From NCBI GenBank assembly GCA_964014485.1, contig CAXHAT010000104.1, positions 1-27,188 of the forward strand: a stretch of DNA of 27,188 nt, read 5' to 3'. Below, piece after piece: positions 25,903 to 27,188 of the stretch. This stretch comes from an uncultured Deferribacteres bacterium. Its GTDB lineage: Bacteria > Zhuqueibacterota > Zhuqueibacteria > Zhuqueibacterales > Geothermadaptataceae. A model generated the notes under the pieces. The model was not told the DNA's origin. It made no database searches and saw only the letters and a list, made by a program, of their open reading frames with translations. How positions within the stretch are numbered: position 1 is the stretch's first letter; each line of letters begins with the position of its first letter. The position numbers and the translations under genes were made by a program.

Positions 25903-26238
25903 TTAATTCTCGTCAAATAGATCAGGAAGCTTGCTGTAGGCTTCAAAAATTTTTAGCCTTTCCTCTTCGCTCAATATTCCTGTAAACGGGCTTGAAGAGC
26001 GCAGACGAATACAATCTTCCGAATCGCCTTCCAATACGGCCAGAATTTCTTCGCTGCTTTTATTGGTTAGAATGTTTTCCCATTCCTGAGATGCAGACCA
26101 GAGGCGCCCTCTGTTTTCTTTCCATCTTTTTAAATTATTTTTGGGCACTTCCCACAATCTTGGGTTTTCCCTGAGCTTCTTTGCAATCTCTTTATGGAGC
26201 GCCGCTGATCTAAAATTCGCTCTGATTTGCATATTCAT
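25903..26238 (-). CDS. Helical partner of the DUF6036-like nucleotidyltransferase (putative antitoxin/toxin)
   Basis: LH..IA.KL..NP...NL.RW...W..IL...L...SE...RLR.SSPF.GIL...ER pattern, recalled as recurring next to DUF6036 genes. ATGA overlap. Confidence 0.7.
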   Translation of the reverse strand: MNMQIRANFRSAALHKEIAKKLRENPRLWEVPKNNLKRWKENRGRLWSASQEWENILTNKSSEEILAVLEGDSEDCIRLRSSSPFTGILSEEERLKIFEAYSKLPDLFDEN

Positions 26239-26816
26239 TTTGAAAAGCCCCGGCTAATTTGTTCACGGATAAGTTTTTTGCGTTCGTTGGAAATTTTTGT
26301 TTCAGTCAGCCTTGTTGCTAAAGTTCGTTCGGACAATAAACCCAATTCTACGACTGCGCCGAAAAACTCAAAATCTTTTGGGCGACCTGCATAGAGTTTT
26401 GCAATGATCAAGTCATGAATATCGAGGCACAAGCCCGAGACGCCGTTCGTGTTTTCATTACATATCTCAACTAAACGAGCTTCCCAGCCCTGAGGCAGTG
26501 TTGAAGTCGTCAAATCAACGCCCTGGGCATAATAACCAAAAGTATTATGAAAGGCGGAAAGTTCACCGAGCATCGCATCAACCAAATTTGTTTTTTCAGC
26601 GGAATCGGGAATCATCACGTCCGCTTCGTTGGATCGATACAGAACTTCTCGGCTCAAGGCTACTGAACGCTTTTCAAAAGAACTTGCTGTCAAATTGTAC
26701 GTTTGCAGACGAGGAAACTGGGCTAAGATTGCCTGGCTGCCGAAAATAAAGATTCTCTTGGTGCTCGCGATTTCTCCGGCGGCTCTAATAATATGTTCAA
26801 GTTCCGTTCTCTTCAT
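26235..26816 (-). CDS. DUF6036-like nucleotidyltransferase (Pol beta superfamily)
   Basis: MKR.ELEHIIRAA, GSQAIL, S.EAD, GELS.FH.TFGYYAQGVD, LP.GW..RL, HDL...KL.AGR.KD motifs. AT-richer than flanks. Confidence 0.8.
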   Translation of the reverse strand: MKRTELEHIIRAAGEIASTKRIFIFGSQAILAQFPRLQTYNLTASSFEKRSVALSREVLYRSNEADVMIPDSAEKTNLVDAMLGELSAFHNTFGYYAQGVDLTTSTLPQGWEARLVEICNENTNGVSGLCLDIHDLIIAKLYAGRPKDFEFFGAVVELGLLSERTLATRLTETKISNERKKLIREQISRGFSK

Positions 26817-26874
26817 GCCCTAAAACTCTGCAACGCAAAATGGTGGCTCGAAAAGCTTTTTCCAAATCGTGCCA

Positions 26875-26903
26875 ATAATACAAATCCCGGTAACGAATGT
26901 CAA
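26875..26903 (-). promoter_or_regulatory. Near-consensus sigma70 promoter for the DUF6036 cassette
   Basis: Minus strand TTGACA (26903-26898)-N17-TATTAT (26880-26875). The -35 overlaps the amidohydrolase stop. Confidence 0.65.
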
Positions 26904-27133
26904 TTTGCAGCATCATCGAGACTGAAAACAACTTTACCATCGACGATTGTGTAGAGAATTTGCGTTTTGACGATGTCATTGGCCGGGATGGTGAAAATGT
27001 CTTGTGAAAGCACGACTAAGTCGGCGAGTTTGCCGGGGATGATCGAGCCTTTGAGATGCTCGTCGAACGCGGCGTAGGCGGAATGAATGGTGTAAGCTTC
27101 AACGGCTTCGGCGACGGTGATTTTTTGCTCCGG
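26900..27133 (-). pseudogene. 3' fragment of a YtcJ-like amidohydrolase (not in the ORF track), interrupted upstream
   Basis: Manual translation [70 protein letters not shown]...*. In-frame TAG at 27149-27151 and no start codon. Confidence 0.8.
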
Positions 27134-27188
27134 GTCACTAGTGTCCCGCTATAAGTCGAATAAATTCAATTGATTACGCGAGCGGGAG
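27131..27188. mobile_element. Possible IS/MITE terminus (IS630-like CTAGTGTCCCG end) at the contig edge
   Basis: Coding similarity stops at a near-perfect palindrome CGGGTCACTAGTGTCCCG centred on CTAG. TCCCGCT...AGCGGGA inverted pair follows. The contig ends here. Confidence 0.4.

Noticed and set aside
7098..26828. Shared GAGTTTTAGGG just upstream of the SDR and DUF6036 starts
   Set aside because: An 11-nt match overlapping RBS regions in only two copies is compatible with chance.
1..27188. CRISPR array, tRNA, rRNA, integron attC array
   Set aside because: No regularly spaced direct repeats, cloverleaf or rRNA motifs seen by eye. Intergenic spaces are short.

Overview
A 27.2 kb contig-like fragment from a Gram-negative FCB-superphylum bacterium outside classical Bacteroidota (inferred KSB1/Calditrichota-like from the SprA type and the FlgD-type T9SS sorting domain; not verified). 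The left end carries an untrimmed Illumina/Nextera adapter. The right end is an amidohydrolase 3' fragment broken by a palindromic, IS-end-like sequence. Core-like genes: truncated SPOR-domain membrane protein, rhomboid protease, exported D-aminoacylase, atypical SDR, RmlC-like epimerase, exported amidohydrolase, YqaA/DedA protein, T9SS translocon sprA head-to-head with a T9SS-sorted beta-propeller protein, APC amino-acid permease, and a putative glycoside hydrolase + BadF-type amino-sugar kinase pair. Three accessory modules stand out. (1) An uncharacterised, translationally coupled 3-gene operon (89 aa, 112 aa, 533 aa) whose large protein has peptidoglycan-binding-like repeats and an amphipathic C-terminus and shares a DGD hairpin motif with the 112 aa partner. 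(2) An AT-rich, helicase-less Type ISP-like/IIG restriction-modification gene bracketed by a 31-bp inverted repeat (30/31 identical). (3) A DUF6036-like nucleotidyltransferase + helical partner cassette (putative toxin-antitoxin) with its own near-consensus promoter. No rRNA, tRNA or CRISPR array was seen. All family calls come from motif recognition by eye, with no database search.
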